In this document: in pieces, positions 36,319 through 50,117 of the stretch
Layout: every line of letters starts with the position of its first letter
Position numbering within the stretch: the stretch's first letter is position 1
Source: Iphione sp. A-MEVVRFRX5
Lineage: Eukaryota
Length of the DNA: 64,000 nt
Assembly (NCBI GenBank): GCA_976226885.1
Contig: OZ320316.1
Coordinates: forward strand, 88,598,001 to 88,662,000
Direction: 5' to 3'
The notes under the pieces: model-generated
The model's input: only the letters and a program-made list of their open reading frames with translations
What the model was told of the DNA's origin: nothing
The model's database searches: none
Program-made: the position numbers and the translations under genes

Positions 36319-39300
36319 TTATAAAGAAAAGGGGAAACGTTGACCCTCGTAGTGCTCCGTCGATGGTAACCCTCCGTCTTCCCACTAAAGCTCTTTACTA
36401 GGGAGGTCTCTACTATGTCTAGTGGGTATGGAGGGAGGTTTAGCATGTAACTCCAGTATCTGAACTACACCCTTTGATGAAATGAGAGCTGCTTAACATT
36501 GGGCCACCATCCTCTGCCCCCCACCCCTCCCTTCATACCACACCCAGCATTTACTATGGTAGACCAGTCCAATTACACATACGCTGGGACTAAAACCCAT
36601 GGTGTCTGATGAGATCATAAATGTTGAAACCACAGCAATGCAGCCCTTCCTTCTCCCTACTGACACATCACCCTACTCACAAACATATGATAGAGGCAAT
36701 CAGAGAATGACCCCGACCCACCTGGTCAGCTCCACTAACAGAGAGTGGACACCCAGTACTTCTAACAAACATTGAGAACATCAAATGAACAACAAGCTTA
36801 TCTTTCATGATACATTTGGTTTTATTATCATCTCTAAATCACAAGCTAATGAGTTCCGCAGTTTCACATATGCACATATTAAACAGCTTACATACTCTCG
36901 AACAATGTCTGCTTATTTCCATTTGTCCTCTCCACAAGAACAATTTCACCGCTTCAGGTGTAAGTCATGTAATTGGATATGATTGTTCCTCTTTTATTTT
37001 ATTTTATTTATTAGTATTTCATTCTTTAAATCCATACAAATGCTCTATTGATGCCACAGCCAGAGCCAGTTTTTCCTCTATGCATATTGGGTGATATAGG
37101 TAAGCACTTTAACGATTGCTAATTATAGGACGTCTGGCTCCAACAGCAATGTTTTTGTTCCACACGCCTTGGTGTGGAAGGGACTTTGGATCACTTATGT
37201 CTAACGGTGGCTCTCTATTTACGTATTTCTTTGTCCTGTGTGAACACATTTCCTCTAATACCATCAGGCTTAGAGACTGAAATTCTTAAAGTATACATGT
37301 ATTATCTACCCTGATCACTAGCTAGGACTTGAGTTTAATCAACGTACATTTGCCTTTGTATATTTTCCTACCGTTTTTGTCCCATTGAATCTAAGGAAAA
37401 ATATCTTTCGATGTGTACCTATGAGATAAAATCGTTGACGTTAAGCCCTTCAATAGGTCTAAGACAGCCTGTAAGTGGACATTTTGATTTAATCTGGCTC
37501 GCTACTATTGCCTTCCCCATTGTCCCGGAGAAATTATACATCTAGGGCAAAACCTCTTAATACAGTCACAATGCTCTTGAGATGCAACAATCTTCGTATT
37601 TACATTTGATAGAGCAATAGGTATGGTGACTGATATGGAGCACAGGTTTCATTTTTAGATTATTAGGATAATGTGAGGGCCTAGATGGTAATCTGCACTC
37701 GAAAGCATTGAACATATTGCAAGTTCTTGCAGAAAAAGTAAGCGTTATTAATATATAAATATGCACATGTCGACAAAAACCTTGTCCTTCCAGTTCGCAA
37801 TCCGGCTATGATTTCCTTCTTCGATATAGCCAATTTCTGGAACCAATAGAACCATAGCGAGTTTTGAAATAAAGTAGTACGACTGATAAAATAGTGAAAG
37901 CTAGTTTTTTTTGCAGGGAAAAATAAGTTAGTCACAAATAGGTCTACGTGCGGTGTTCTCTAGTATCACTATTAGGAGAAAGTAGGAGTTGAAGTAGTTA
38001 TAATCATAGGCACATTTAATTTGGATCACCGTAGAGGTTCTCATAAGAAACTTAAAGAAATTAAACGTCCCTTGTTAATCATTTGCGTAACATCCGATAC
38101 ACTAGTGTATCATACATAAAACGTCCTATATGCCTTGGGAGTCGTAACTTGAGGGATTATATACCGTAGCTCTAAATAGCTGTTCTGACGCTAATTGAAA
38201 GTGTGATGGTTGCATTATTTAGCATGTTCAATCTTAAGTCGCATAGGCAATATCTCTTTATGTTACCTTATTCTGTCCCCGAGGTATAGAAGTGTGACGA
38301 TACTGACTGCAGGCAGATTCGGTGCCTGCTGCCAACATAGGGCCGCTTTGTCATAGCCAGATTTGCTAGTGTGGCATCGAGGCTGGACGCCGGGCCCCTG
38401 TGGGCGAATAATGCATTCACGTCTCGTTTTGGTAGTGGCATACGACCCGGTAGTAATCAGCGTGCCACTATTCTCTCGGATATTGCCGGGATGATTGCCA
38501 TTATGTCGAGGTCGTGAAACGCCAGCTCGGCCCGTTAAGACTACGCCCCGCCCAGGCGGACATACCATGGTGGGGTCCCAACCTGATGGCTAGGCCGCAC
38601 GCTACATCATTGTGGGAAAGGGACAGATTAGGAACACCACATGCAGCCCCCTCCCCTTTCATATGTGGCAAGCGCCCGCTGCTATATCTAACCGGTCCCG
38701 ATGTCCAGTCGCTGAACTAGACTACGCATCATTCGAAGGTCTCGCCTACAGACACGCTCCCCTCTACTATACATTACCTAGACAGTAGTCCTGAGTCCCG
38801 AGGGATGCGGGCCACAGGTGGCTGGAGACCTATGAACTCAAAGGGCCTGTATACCAACAAATAGGTCCATTACTTCTGAGGCCGTAGAAGAGTCAATTGT
38901 TGATAGGGATTTTTAAAAGGGTCGTAGACAAACCAAGGAAGTACACTGTGCATGTATTTGGATCCCTAACCCCTTGAATCAAGGTCTCATGACAGCAGTT
39001 ATATCGGACTCATTCCAACGGTTGCCTCGAAATTTGCAAAGCTTCCATAGGGACATCTCCACAGCAACTACCGGGAACTGTTAACAAAGATGCAGCTCAT
39101 TGACTGATGGCTGACATTGGTACTGTAGAGAATGTGAATGGACAAGATAACATTGAGCTCCTTATCGATGAGGTATTTTCCTACTTTAATTGAGATGGAC
39201 ATGATAGCTTCTTCTAGCTTGCCTTATCTAAAATTTCAAACTTGTGACTGTATCGACTTCATTATCTTATCTAAATACATATGTCTTACATTAGCTGGTA

Positions 39301-40500
39301 ATGCAATTGGCAACTGCTAACGCAACAACGATGTCCTCCTTTGATATACAAAATGTACATCGTATACTGGAATGATGTTCGCGACACTTTCCTGTACATC
39401 ACTCTGGAAATCAGGTTCTAGTACAAACAGAATACTGTACCAAGTTTCCATGCTATAAGAGTAGAATTGGTGAAAGTATTTGTAGGTCTGCTGCTCACTC
39501 TATATTTAGGAATTACAAACAAATCTCAGGTCAGATACATGTATATCGTTTGATTCGATTTTGTTTATTGAACATCGATATCATCAAGTTAAATAATTGC
39601 TTTCTATTGACTGTCAATTGGTCAATCAGCTTTCTTTCTCCCAAGAATTTGGGATTAAGAAAATGGCATGTGGTGCAAGTACCTGCACCTTTGAGGCCGA
39701 TCTCCATACCTGTGTTTGTGCATTGCTTTTGGGTACATTCTAGTAATATGTATGTGTGTTCTGTACATATGTACAAAGGGACGCCACCTAAAGGACACAA
39801 CTGCAATCCGGACACAACCCAAAATGGGGCAGTTTGGAGAAGAGCCAAATCATTTACTATAGGATCAAGCTAACAGACGCACCTTTCAACAGGATAGTGG
39901 AGACATAAGAGCACCAGCATAGGATACCCTTGCTCCCACCCTCTCAATTCCCCTTGTGGGTTACCCTTTTCCCATCTTCGCTCTTTCTAACATTGTCCGG
40001 CAGCTCAGTAGTTTCAGGACGGGCTCAGTATTATCAGAATGGACTCAAGAGCAAGGAGGTGTGAGGATAGGAGTTTGAGCCTCTTGCTCTTCTTCTGAAT
40101 TACGTCATCTTATAGACACTTTGAGAAAACTCCTCCATTGTCTCTACCTTTGAAAATGTGCATTTACGTACCCCTGTACAGATACTGTTGAATAAGTTTT
40201 ACAGAGGGTGGCCTAGGGCCACAACGCGTCAGATCAGGACACGTCTCAAATAAGGACAGTTTGTAAAAAAAATACCAAGGTTGTCACGATTAGAGATGTT
40301 TTGCTGTAGCTCTGTTACGATTCTGTGATCCATGTGCAGTTTGCATGAATTAAACCCTCCCTCTTGTAACCTCCTGTACAATTTCCATATTTTCATTTTT
40401 AGCGGACTGAAGATATGTGTGGAAATGTATGACAGAGAGGCAGATCAACAGATGCAAAGCAGCACATGCCAGAACAGACCGGACAAGCCTTAGCCTGAGC

Positions 40501-40810
40501 GCCACCTTACATTTCTTATACTATTGATCTGTTGCAGTGTGTTTGTGAAATTTATAAGCACTGCTCCGAAATGGACAATACACGAATGCATGGTCGTACG
40601 CACACTACCAAATGCAACAATTTAATGCATGTATGGGAGCAAATATACTCTTTATTTTTTGCCCGATTAAAAACATGCTTGAAACAGTATGTTAACAGAA
40701 TACTAATCGTATGCAAAAACGTATAAAAACCGGCCCATAGACTGTAAAGCAATGAAGGCAACATAGTGACTGAGTGATAGTTTCTACTAGGCACACACAT
40801 CTGAGAGGTG
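40501..40810 (-). repeat. Diverged dispersed repeat, inverted partner of 43520-43773
   Basis: Collinear anchors AACTATCA.TCAGT, TTCTGTTA, TATATTTGCTC and TAAGGTGGC are shared in opposite orientation. Confidence 0.5.
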
Positions 40811-41020
40811 CTGGTGCATAGTTATAGACATGACCAGAGTGCAAGATTATCAATGTTTTAATTGCTACTTAGTATGTTTCTGGTTTTGATTGTTGGTGAT
40901 ATTTTCCCAACAAAGTTAGGAATGTACATGATCAGAACAGTAGAGTGGAATCCGGGAGTGGCTTGCCCAAATGTATGGAGTTCTGCACAGCATAGATATC
41001 CAGCAGGATCTTCCCTACTA

Positions 41021-41198
41021 CAGTGGAACCTCTCTACTATGGACACCACAGGGACTGACCAAATACTGTCCATAAAGAGGGGTGTCCTTTAATAGCATGA
41101 GTATTTAAACATGATTATATAAATTTGGTTCTGTTTCCAATCTCTCCATAGTGAGGGTGTCCTTTATAGAGGGTGTCCTTAATAGTGGGGTTCCACTG
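41021..41198. mobile_element. Tc1/mariner(pogo)-type MITE, 178 bp
   Basis: 27-bp terminal inverted repeats (CAGTGGAACCTCTCTACTATGGACACC vs CAGTGGAACCCCACTATTAAGGACACC, 23/27 identical), TA on both flanks, and internal repeats of GGGTGTCCTT. Confidence 0.9.
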
Positions 41199-41779
41199 TA
41201 TATCTAAGAGATCAGTTTAATCAACCATGTCCTTCTCAAATCAGCATCGGAGACAGAATACTGTCATAAGCACACTGATAATATCACAATCCAAGAAAAA
41301 TATAAATTTTAAACTCTTTCAGCAAGTATTTGTTACTAGCACTTCAAAGTATTGTTGTACACTCTTCTGAGTAAAAATTGATACCAGCCGTATGTGATGA
41401 TATTGTGCTCGATAAAACCAATAAAACAGACAAAAGATAGCACTTCGATTTCAATTTAAACGATCTCATCAGTTAATGAGCCACATAAATTTTACATCGG
41501 ACAGATCTGAAGGTTTAATCATAGCACAGTAGACTGGCCCCAAAACTTGAAATAATAGAGTGACCCTAAAATGAAAACAGTAACGATGTCCTATTCTTAT
41601 CGGCAATTAATCAGTTCCAATCAAATCGTGTACATATACATGAAGCTCTAGAAAGGCCTGCATATCTACAAGAGACACATATCTCCAAGGCTACATGTGT
41701 TCTCTGATATATAGTTGTACTACATCGGTATTCAGTGTTTGGTATGCTTTAATGCATACCTTATTTTTTCATTCTGTAT

Positions 41780-42118
41780 TTCAGTGTATCTTTTACCAGG
41801 AACTAGATATTCCCTATAATATGACCGGGCTCTTTCATATCCTGCTGAAGTAGCATACTACCATCTATTATTGAGAATTAAGAGACCAGAATACCCAGGG
41901 TTGTCCCCTACTCTTATTTTGAATAGGTTCTGGGGTCTTTTTGTGCATAGGGGACAGAATCCTATACACCCATGGTCTTTTTAAGAGTTGTGGACCACTC
42001 TGGTTTGAGGCTATAGTAAATCTGTCTGGTCTTGATCAAGAGTCCCAGGCCTGGGATTGAACCTGTGACCTCTCAGTCAGTGGACCAGTGCTCTACCACT
42101 GAGCTAACTCCCCACCCC
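41780..42118 (-). mobile_element. tRNA-derived SINE
   Basis: Head GGGGTGGGGAGTTAGCTCAGTGGTAGAGCA...GGTTCAATCCC carries Pol III A and B boxes but lacks an intact cloverleaf. The body ...AAAAGACCCC...AAGAGTAGGGG...CCCTGGGT resembles, from recall only, the central domain of Meta-type SINEs. The 3' boundary is approximate. Confidence 0.8.
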
Positions 42119-42301
42119 ATTACTATGCTATATAAGAAACTCTAAGAAAAACCTTGACATATATGTGCCTTACTAATGTAAAATATGATTATTATAATGA
42201 TATCCAACGTCAAAGCAGTAAATTTGACCCATAAGCAGAACCATTCTTGTCAAATAAACATGTGGTGATCCCGGGTGAACTTGCTCACTAAGGCCCAGTT
42301 T

Positions 42302-42421
42302 CCATACCTGTGGTGAAGTGTGTGTGCGGTGAAGTGCAGTGAAATGCCTTATTATTGGTATATAGAGTATCAGTGAAGGGTGTCCCATACCTGTGGTGAA
42401 GTGCGTGTGTGGTGAAGTGCA
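42302..42421 (+). repeat. 37-bp direct duplication (CCATACCTGTGGTGAAGTG..GGTGAAGTGCA), period 83
   Basis: Copies at 42302-42338 and 42385-42421, 2 mismatches. Confidence 0.9.
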
Positions 42422-42611
42422 TTGCCAGTTTTCCGTCCCTTCCCATAAATTTGCTGCAAACGCAACACCAATGCAGACCAACGCACAGGTAATTCTTGTT
42501 ATTTACTCCCTTTTACACCCTTTTACTCCCTTTTCCATGTCAATTCTCGCCATGTCACACATGTTCGCACATTGCCATCTTTTTCCAGAATTTTTCCGCA
42601 CATTTTTGCCG

Positions 42612-42754
42612 TTTTTCGGCCGAATTTCCATGAAATAAGCCATTTTTCGGCAGATTTTCCATGTAATTTGCTGTTTTTCAGCCGGATTTCCATGAATTAA
42701 GCCATTTTCCAGCCCAGTTTCCATTAAATTTGCCATTTTCAGCCTTTTTTGCCA
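42612..42754 (+). repeat. 31-bp minisatellite, ~4.5 units (TTTTTCGGCCGAATTTCCATGAAATAAGCCA-like)
   Basis: Units start at 42612, 42643, 42674, 42705 and 42736. Confidence 0.85.
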
Positions 42755-43519
42755 TTTTTCATATTTTCCTGTCATAATTTTCCCGTCATTTCCCACACTC
42801 TCCTGCAGGGTGACGGGACACCCCTCTGCGGGAGACTGCGTTACCCTGCGGGAATTAAATCAACACATGGTGACGCAAACGGACAGCTCCCACACTCTCC
42901 CGGATATTGCCGCATGTAAGATAACCGGGCTTAAGATTATGCCTTTTCCCTCTTTTCTTCTTCTATGGTACGTCCGATACTACACAAGAATGACCATCAT
43001 ATCAGTAAATGAGGAATGACTTCAATTCTAGCCTTCATACACAAATGTGGCTCGTCGTAAATGTATGGTTTAGGATGAATGGGAAAAAAACATTCCAAAG
43101 GTTAATCCCGATTTTCGCACGAAAAACAGCAAAAGCTTATTTTGTATACAAGCTGCAACAGTACCATCAAATGCTGCATCCTGAAAGCTACATAATGTAC
43201 ATCGCTGCAAAAAAAGCCTCCATGCGCGTTTGATATCCTACACTGCTGTTCTCTCCATCAAGAGCGGCTCTTCCTAGCAATGTTACAATACTGTTCTTCT
43301 TACTGGGGCCTGTCTATACAGCAGTTCTTTCAAAATGGGGTATTGTATTCTTTTTAACCTCTCTCGTATTATCGTTTTAACACTCGTCCCTCATTAACTA
43401 TCTCGTTCTTTCTTATTTGAACGGGCATTGGCATAATGTAGTTTTAAACCTAAAGTGGTACATATGCATACATTGAACACTGAATGTACATGCATGTCTT
43501 TCTCTTGCTCCTCCCGTTT

Positions 43520-43773
43520 TCATTGTGCCTCAAAGATATCAGTTCCTCGCAACTATCATTCAGTACCTTTCTCTTTATTCGTGTCAATACAATTTCAGAA
43601 ACGGATATTTGTTTCTGTTATGTCCACACCTATCTGTTAGCTTCTAAGTTTCTGTTTGATATATTTGCTCGCTCCATGTGTGCTTAGTGTATTCGGAAGA
43701 AATCAAAATGTATTTTCCTGTTGAAGCATCCTTGGCAAGTAGGGCCTCCATTGGAGTCCCATATTAAGGTGGC
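43520..43773 (+). repeat. Diverged dispersed repeat, inverted partner of 40501-40810
   Basis: The same four collinear anchors (43551, ~43612, 43660, 43765). Confidence 0.5.
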
Positions 43774-46700
43774 CCATACATACAAACAATTGAAAATGTT
43801 GCTATCATTTTATCATTTACCAAGGTAATTGCGTTTTTCCTCCATTTATTGGATAATTTTTTAATAAATTATGTAAAACTACTATTCAGAACATGGCTGA
43901 CAAGCTTGAAAGAAGTCTAATTGAACTTGCTGCCTTCATAAAACATAAAATGTCAAAGAATCTGTCAAAATACAGCTTTTTCTGTCCTAGCGTGGGAAAG
44001 GAAGGGATGGTGGTCTGTCAGCGTTCATATTACTCGGTGAAGCTGCTCAATGTGGGTCAACCTCGTGACCGTGAGTCAAACAGAACAGGATCATACAGGT
44101 GGGCTGAAGGCCTCACGCTTTATGGAGGCGGTCGACTGTTGATGCCTTGGCCTGTTGTGTAAATACGGATACATTGCAAAACCGGCAACATACTCAAGAG
44201 GATTACTATAGGCTAACAGTGTAATAGCCGAAAACAATGGTCCAGGTACATCACCGCACAGGGTATAAAGCAGGAAGGAATTATGCAATATTTGAACGGG
44301 ATAACGACCAATAATGGAGCCGTCTTACGCCGATCGACCGAGTGTGCGTTTCTTGCATAAGGTAAAACCAGGATGTGAGGGATTCTTTGGCCATATTTCC
44401 CCGGATTCAACAAGAATGAGTTTATGCGTCAGGCAGGGAACAATTGCCGCGGCTCGTCACGGCGATGCCACATAGTCGCGTCATTGATCGGCCTAATGTA
44501 TGCATAATTTAAAACAAACAAAGCTCGTGGCGTGCGCTGAACATGATAGGAGCAGCCCCCGCCAGGAAGAAGCCCTGGAGGAAGGTGCGGACCGCACCGG
44601 AGGCCATCGCGTTGACCCGGCCGGCGGCGACCCCCTGATGTGCCCGCACCCTGACACTTCCCGCCGAAGCCTCTAATCACACGCCCAAATTGGTCCAATT
44701 ATAACCTCGATTAGATTGCCACAAATGCTCGGCCAAAGGTGAGCTAATGGACGAGGGCTCGTCGGTGAGCATCTCCTGCCGCCGATGGGAACAATAGGTG
44801 GCCGCTGGCACAGAAGAGACAGTATTACTGGTCATGGCTCAATATAGACTTAAAAGGCGCGGCAGACAGGCCTACATGCGCAGCATGGTAATTGTGCTGC
44901 CACACAGTCGATAAAGGCTAAACGGCCGTCGACTTTAATTCTATCGAAAAAAAGTCTTCTCTTTTTTTCGACCTACATCTTATACATGAATATTAGCGTA
45001 AGGCTCGCCTGCTTGTTCCCGTAGGACATGTTTGCAAATTACCCAGTGGTGAAGAAAAGGGTGAAAAGATTGACGTCTGCGCTCGAAGTATCGCCGAAAT
45101 ATCAGGTAGCTCCTGTCCGGGTCATGTTTACGTGGGAAATAGCCCACCTGTTTGCGTGGCGTGGGGAATTGTTCTAGGGTTTGCCAGCGCTAAAAGCCAT
45201 CTATGCCAGGTAGTCTGTGGCGATGACAACCGCAGCTTTTCGGTGTTTATTGCAAAGTTTATTTCATCAGATGATATACACGGCAGGATGTCCTTGAATC
45301 AAAGTAGAGCAAATGTAAGAAAATTGTGTTCAGACAATATTTTCAACTAAATACATGTATTCGCACAGCTACAAGCAAAGCGACAGGTCAATCAACGAAT
45401 CCTAGAGATGAGTGTCGCAAACTGGCAATGAAATGTGAATTGACGCAATAAATTATCGTTTTGCATTTGATAGCTATTTCATTAAGGTGTGGTTTTCTCT
45501 ACAACTAGACCGATTTCAGTCCTTGATAATATCGTAACTAAATTACACTTCACTGTAAACATACTGTACTATATCTGAATCTCTACACTGATCAAAACAA
45601 TTTCAGAAACAATCAGTTCCCAACATGGAACTGATTTATCTTTGATCACTGGTACTGTGTATATATATACTTTAAATATACATGTGTACGCTCTATATAT
45701 AGATAGCAGTGGAACAAGCTAAAACTACAAGTTTGTAACAACAAAAAACAATTCAAGAGAGAATTAAAGAAATTGTTTATGAATAAGCTGCTGAAAGAGA
45801 ACTGGAGGGTTCTTTAAGAAGCATCGACATTGAAAAATGTATACTCACTAATGGTTGCTAGATATCCATATGCGCAACAAAATAGTCCTGTACTACACTG
45901 AATCTCTGTACATATTTAAAAAATATTGTATATAGACTGCACATATATGTATATAATGTAAATATCACATGTACATAAATTAAGACCTTTGAAATCACTA
46001 TGTAGTCAAATCCTGGCACCAAATCGACTGCCAGGTGAAATACCGGAATAAAAAAGTATATATATTTATATTCATATCGGTGCGAGATTCGTTTGGACGC
46101 CTTCACTTCACGGAGGTTGTAGGATGTGACAGGTTTCGAATTGTTTGCATTCCAGTGCACGCTTTACGTGATAGGGTGATACACCTGTCTGTCGAATGAA
46201 CTGAATACGGCCTGTTTCAAATTTTTCCATATTTATACACCGCTAGTATGTATCCGTGAGACCGCTGTGCTCAAAGGCGCAGTTTTCCTCAAAAATTGCT
46301 TTCGTCTCGAAGGCCACCGTGGCCGTATTTAAAATGCATACATTTTGGTGTTTTCCTTCAGGCCATGAGGACGCTGAACGCTTAGAGATAGTTCGCTTCT
46401 TGCCGTTGTTTACTTGATACTCCACTGTGTCTAAGCTGCTATTTCCCAAGTATTCGCACGACCTGCTAATTCCTCGTAGAATATATAAAAATTATTTATT
46501 CTACGATTTCTTATATACCGTGGTATCTCTTTACTACACATTGCTTTATTCACACATGTTTGTCAGGAATTGAATTCCAGTCGTTCACATGGCATGAAGA
46601 ATTAGATTCCGTATGACCATTTTCAAAGCTTTTGTCAATGTACCAATAGAACTATGAGAACAACTTGTTTTTCGGTATCAACCTTATTTATGCTACTACG

Positions 46701-47115
46701 TCAGTTTGGTTCCCATAAGATTGCTTTTCATATGCTGCCTATTTCCATAACAATATATAGGCCTATGTATACCTGTGTATATTGGGGAACCTGTACATAC
46801 GGTTTGGAGGGAGCATTGTCATTTTCTTGGGAAGGGAGAAATAATGGCAGTGAGATGTAAGAAGCTGACATAATACCCAGCCACCGTGGAATAATGGCGC
46901 CTCTATGCCAGCTACAGTACTTCCATATACAGTGACCAGAAGCAGATGCTGCACGACATATTCTCATTATCAGACATAAAATTCGCAACACCCCACCCTC
47001 AACGAGAAGGCCACCCCAAATAGAGGGCTGATCCCGGCCACACGCATCTAGGCGATGGCAGGTCAGGCCGCTGGTGTGAAGAGCCCGTGGCACTGACTAG
47101 AACGGTGATACTCAC

Positions 47116-47450
47116 CAGGGCGTGTGTCATTGTAGGCCGCCCAAGTTGCTGTTGTACAGGCAGGCTGGCCCCGGTGCGTCGGTCGGTGATCATAGCTGTG
47201 AGTCCTGCTGAGGTGATCCCCTTGCACATCCACGCTTCCCCACCTCCCACCCCCACCTCCGCGGAGGCACAGCCTGACGTGTGAACGTGATTTGTCGCCT
47301 CGCACGTGCGGGCTAGACCAGCGACGACAGCAAGGAGTTGGCGGCAGTCGCTTGCCTCCAGCCTCCCCCCTCCCAGCAATGGAACCCCCAACCACCATCA
47401 GCAGGCGGGATTTAACGCCCACACAGACGGCATAGGACCGTCTATAATTC
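47116..47450 (-). other. Candidate alternative non-coding 5' exon
   Basis: GC-rich island ending in the strong donor CTG|GTGAGT at 47116. CCAAT and Pbx/Meis-like motifs lie ~200 bp upstream. The 5' boundary is approximate. Confidence 0.3.
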
Positions 47451-50117
47451 ATGGCTGGAGAAAATTCCCTCAGAAATTGTGGCTTCTAAGTTTCCACCCA
47501 TCCATCTCAGAAAACTGATGATTGTCAATGACAAAAAACCCAAAAAATATGCATTTTATAGTTATATTCATTGGGGCTAACATTAAGCCAGGTCCCCTGG
47601 AAACGCGCTGCACCGCCAGAACTACTGTTTTAATATAAATATTCCTTCACCTCGCCAATCAATCAAACGTTCAGTTGACAGGACTAAAAATGATCAATCA
47701 GTTACCAATAGAGATTATCAAATTGGAAAACAACGCCGCAAGCTTTCCTTCAAAGGATGTAAACCAAAGATTACGAGGCTTATTCTGAACCCTCTCCAAT
47801 CGATTATACATTTTAATAACGACGTGGCACGGCTAGGCTGAATTTGTCTATCATGCCAAATCTTCATTCCGATCACAGTCAATTCATTATTTCCCGGTTT
47901 ATGGGCGTGTCGGGCGACAACGCCTGATATGATCGGGCATGCCACAGGTGCGAACACAATCACCGCTAATATAGACCCCATTATCAAGCAGCTGGGCAGA
48001 ACCTTTGCTTGCTGTTGCCGTGGGTCGCTTTTGGCTCCCGCCGAACCGGTCCATACAATCCCTTGCACGCGATCCCTTCATACAAAGCGGAGGCATGTGA
48101 CCTATCCTTTATCGTGGCCGTAACATTGTTGGTACCGCCTGAACTATTGCCCCATAACAGACTACGCCAGCAGAACAGTACGGCTATAACGGGCGGGTAC
48201 CCATTTCATTTGCCTGTCCACATGTTAAAGGAATGACCGTACTAGTGCTGTCCACAAAGGGGGTAAATGTCAAGCTCCCGTTTTTATGTTATCAATCATG
48301 TCATTTATATTTATTTTTGCTATCCCCATAGGGCAATTCTCATTCAAGCGCTTGCATTTTCAGTCAGACGAGTTTTCATCGCTGCTGAATTGCATTAGCC
48401 AGTTATTTCAAGAAAGACTCCCCCCCCCCAGTCTCTCAGAGAAGGAAGCTCTCCACACTTTGGGCGCGAAAGCAAGAAAGACCTCTGACAAATCGGTTTT
48501 CCGTCTTGTCAGCCATGGCCGACCTGGAACCGGGAGCGGGCGTGGCGTTGCGCGTAGGCTGGTTTATCGCGCAGCGCTCCACCGCCTCAGCGTGGCGCCC
48601 ATTATATAGCGATCTGTGTTCCGGGTCGGTCCCTCCGATCCTATTGTGCTGCATCTGGCTAGCACCAAGTGATCTATGCCAGGTCAGGATCTTGGGATGA
48701 TCAGCGGTAGCGCAGGCTCCAATCAGCTGCTGGCGGCCGAGATCCCCCCAAACGCCACGTCCATTATCCAGTATTTCTGAATCATCAGAATCCCTGCATG
48801 GTGGGCCGGCCGATTGCACCATAGGCGAGGACAAGCATATACACTTAGTCAGACAGAAGATCCTGAGGTATTGCACGTATAAATTCCGAGGCAGCTCTAG
48901 GGGAGAATCGTACATTGCGCACATTCGTTGCATCCGCACGGCATCAGCTGGCCTTTTGCAGAACCTCCTTCCTGCTATATCACTGCAAATGGCGTTTGGC
49001 ATTTCGTGTGCCAGCAATGTCAACACGAGACCTTCGCATTGCTTCCGTAAAAAAAACAACCACAGTGACAATCACAGGGAACTACACAGACGTAAATTCA
49101 AGAAATCTGAGGAAACTTTACACATGCTGCACATTCTTCTGAGAGTAGTGGAGATCTATAGAAGTATTTATAGTACTCAACTCATTATATCCATGGCAGC
49201 CCTATTTTCATCCCCTTGTTAGACTGCTGAATTGATAATGTAGCTCATTCATGTATTGTTTACTGCACATTGATACCACAAAAGCAGTTTTATCCTCACC
49301 ACTATCTTCTGGTTCTCCTGATCTCTGAATATTTTACATGCGTATGAGAACATGTCCGTTGCTACAGCACTGGTGCTATTGTCGTGCACTTACTGATACT
49401 GGATCTTCGTTTTGGGGCAAGTGCTTAAATCAGACAGTGTTTCTGGCAGGGGCGCTTAATTACGGCAAGCATGCTCGAATAGCTACGGCAGCGATTAATC
49501 ATCAAGGGCCTGTGCTCTCTATAGGCTGTCAGGCGGTCTCCGGGGTCGCAGGCTCCGGTCGCCGCCGTCGCGTGCAGGGCGACCATTACGCGTCGCCTGT
49601 GCAAGAAGAGGGCTGCAAAGAGTGGAGGGAAGAGATCAAAGATGTCACGGATCTCGGAGCGGGGCCAACACACCTGGTGCCTCAAGGATTAAAGGTGTAC
49701 CCTCTCACCATCAGCCGCTGTTCACAAAAGGAAAAAAAAGTGGAAATGGAGAGAGGGGATGGGTCGTGAGAGAACTATGTCAATAAGGTTTAGTTTGCTT
49801 TTATACATTCATTCTAATTGCTTTCTAAGCATCGATGCCTTTTAAGACTTCAGTTTCACGACAATAAATATTTTGTGTTTAATTTTGACTGTAATAGTGA
49901 ACCTGAAACAAAATTCAAAATATTCATTCCATCTACAAAACAAGAATTCCATATTGTGCTGCGATTACGCTTTTAGCAACCCAAACAAAGGAACTGATTT
50001 CAGAGCAATAGCCAATAGATGGGATGAAAGCGTTTATATTAGGCGAGAACCGCCAAATAGAGTCCCATCAATGTGCATTTTCTTTGTTCCCAAGAACCTT
50101 GACTAGACGCGTTGCTC

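Larger units (their letters stand above)
42292..42931. mobile_element. Degenerate Harbinger-like non-autonomous element, 640 bp
   Basis: TAA flanks. Ends GGCCCAGTTTCCATACCTGTGG vs AGCCCGGTTATCTTACATGCGG (15/22). Interior has a 37-bp duplication, a 31-bp minisatellite and a duplicated TCCCACACTCTCC. Confidence 0.45.

Noticed and set aside
40047-40091. 12-bp hairpin AAGAGCAAGGAGG/CCTCTTGCTCTT as a pre-miRNA
   Set aside because: The stem is too short and the arms are purine/pyrimidine low-complexity.
42045-42118. tRNA gene
   Set aside because: A and B boxes are present but the acceptor and anticodon stems do not pair, and it runs into a SINE-type body.
42302-42421. CRISPR-like repeat-spacer-repeat (37-bp repeats, 46-bp spacer)
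   Set aside because: Only two copies, eukaryotic intron context, inside a transposon-like element, and no cas genes.
43653-43668. 15-nt match to miR-190 (TGTTTGATATATTTG); also a 12-nt match to miR-9 near 489
   Set aside because: Seed regions do not match and there is no precursor hairpin; the miR-190 match lies inside a dispersed repeat.
48436-49071. 211-aa minus-strand ORF in a GC-rich stretch
   Set aside because: No motif or homology I can recognise, and no convincing splice or start context. The length is compatible with chance in GC-rich DNA; a BLASTP/tBLASTn hit would overturn this.
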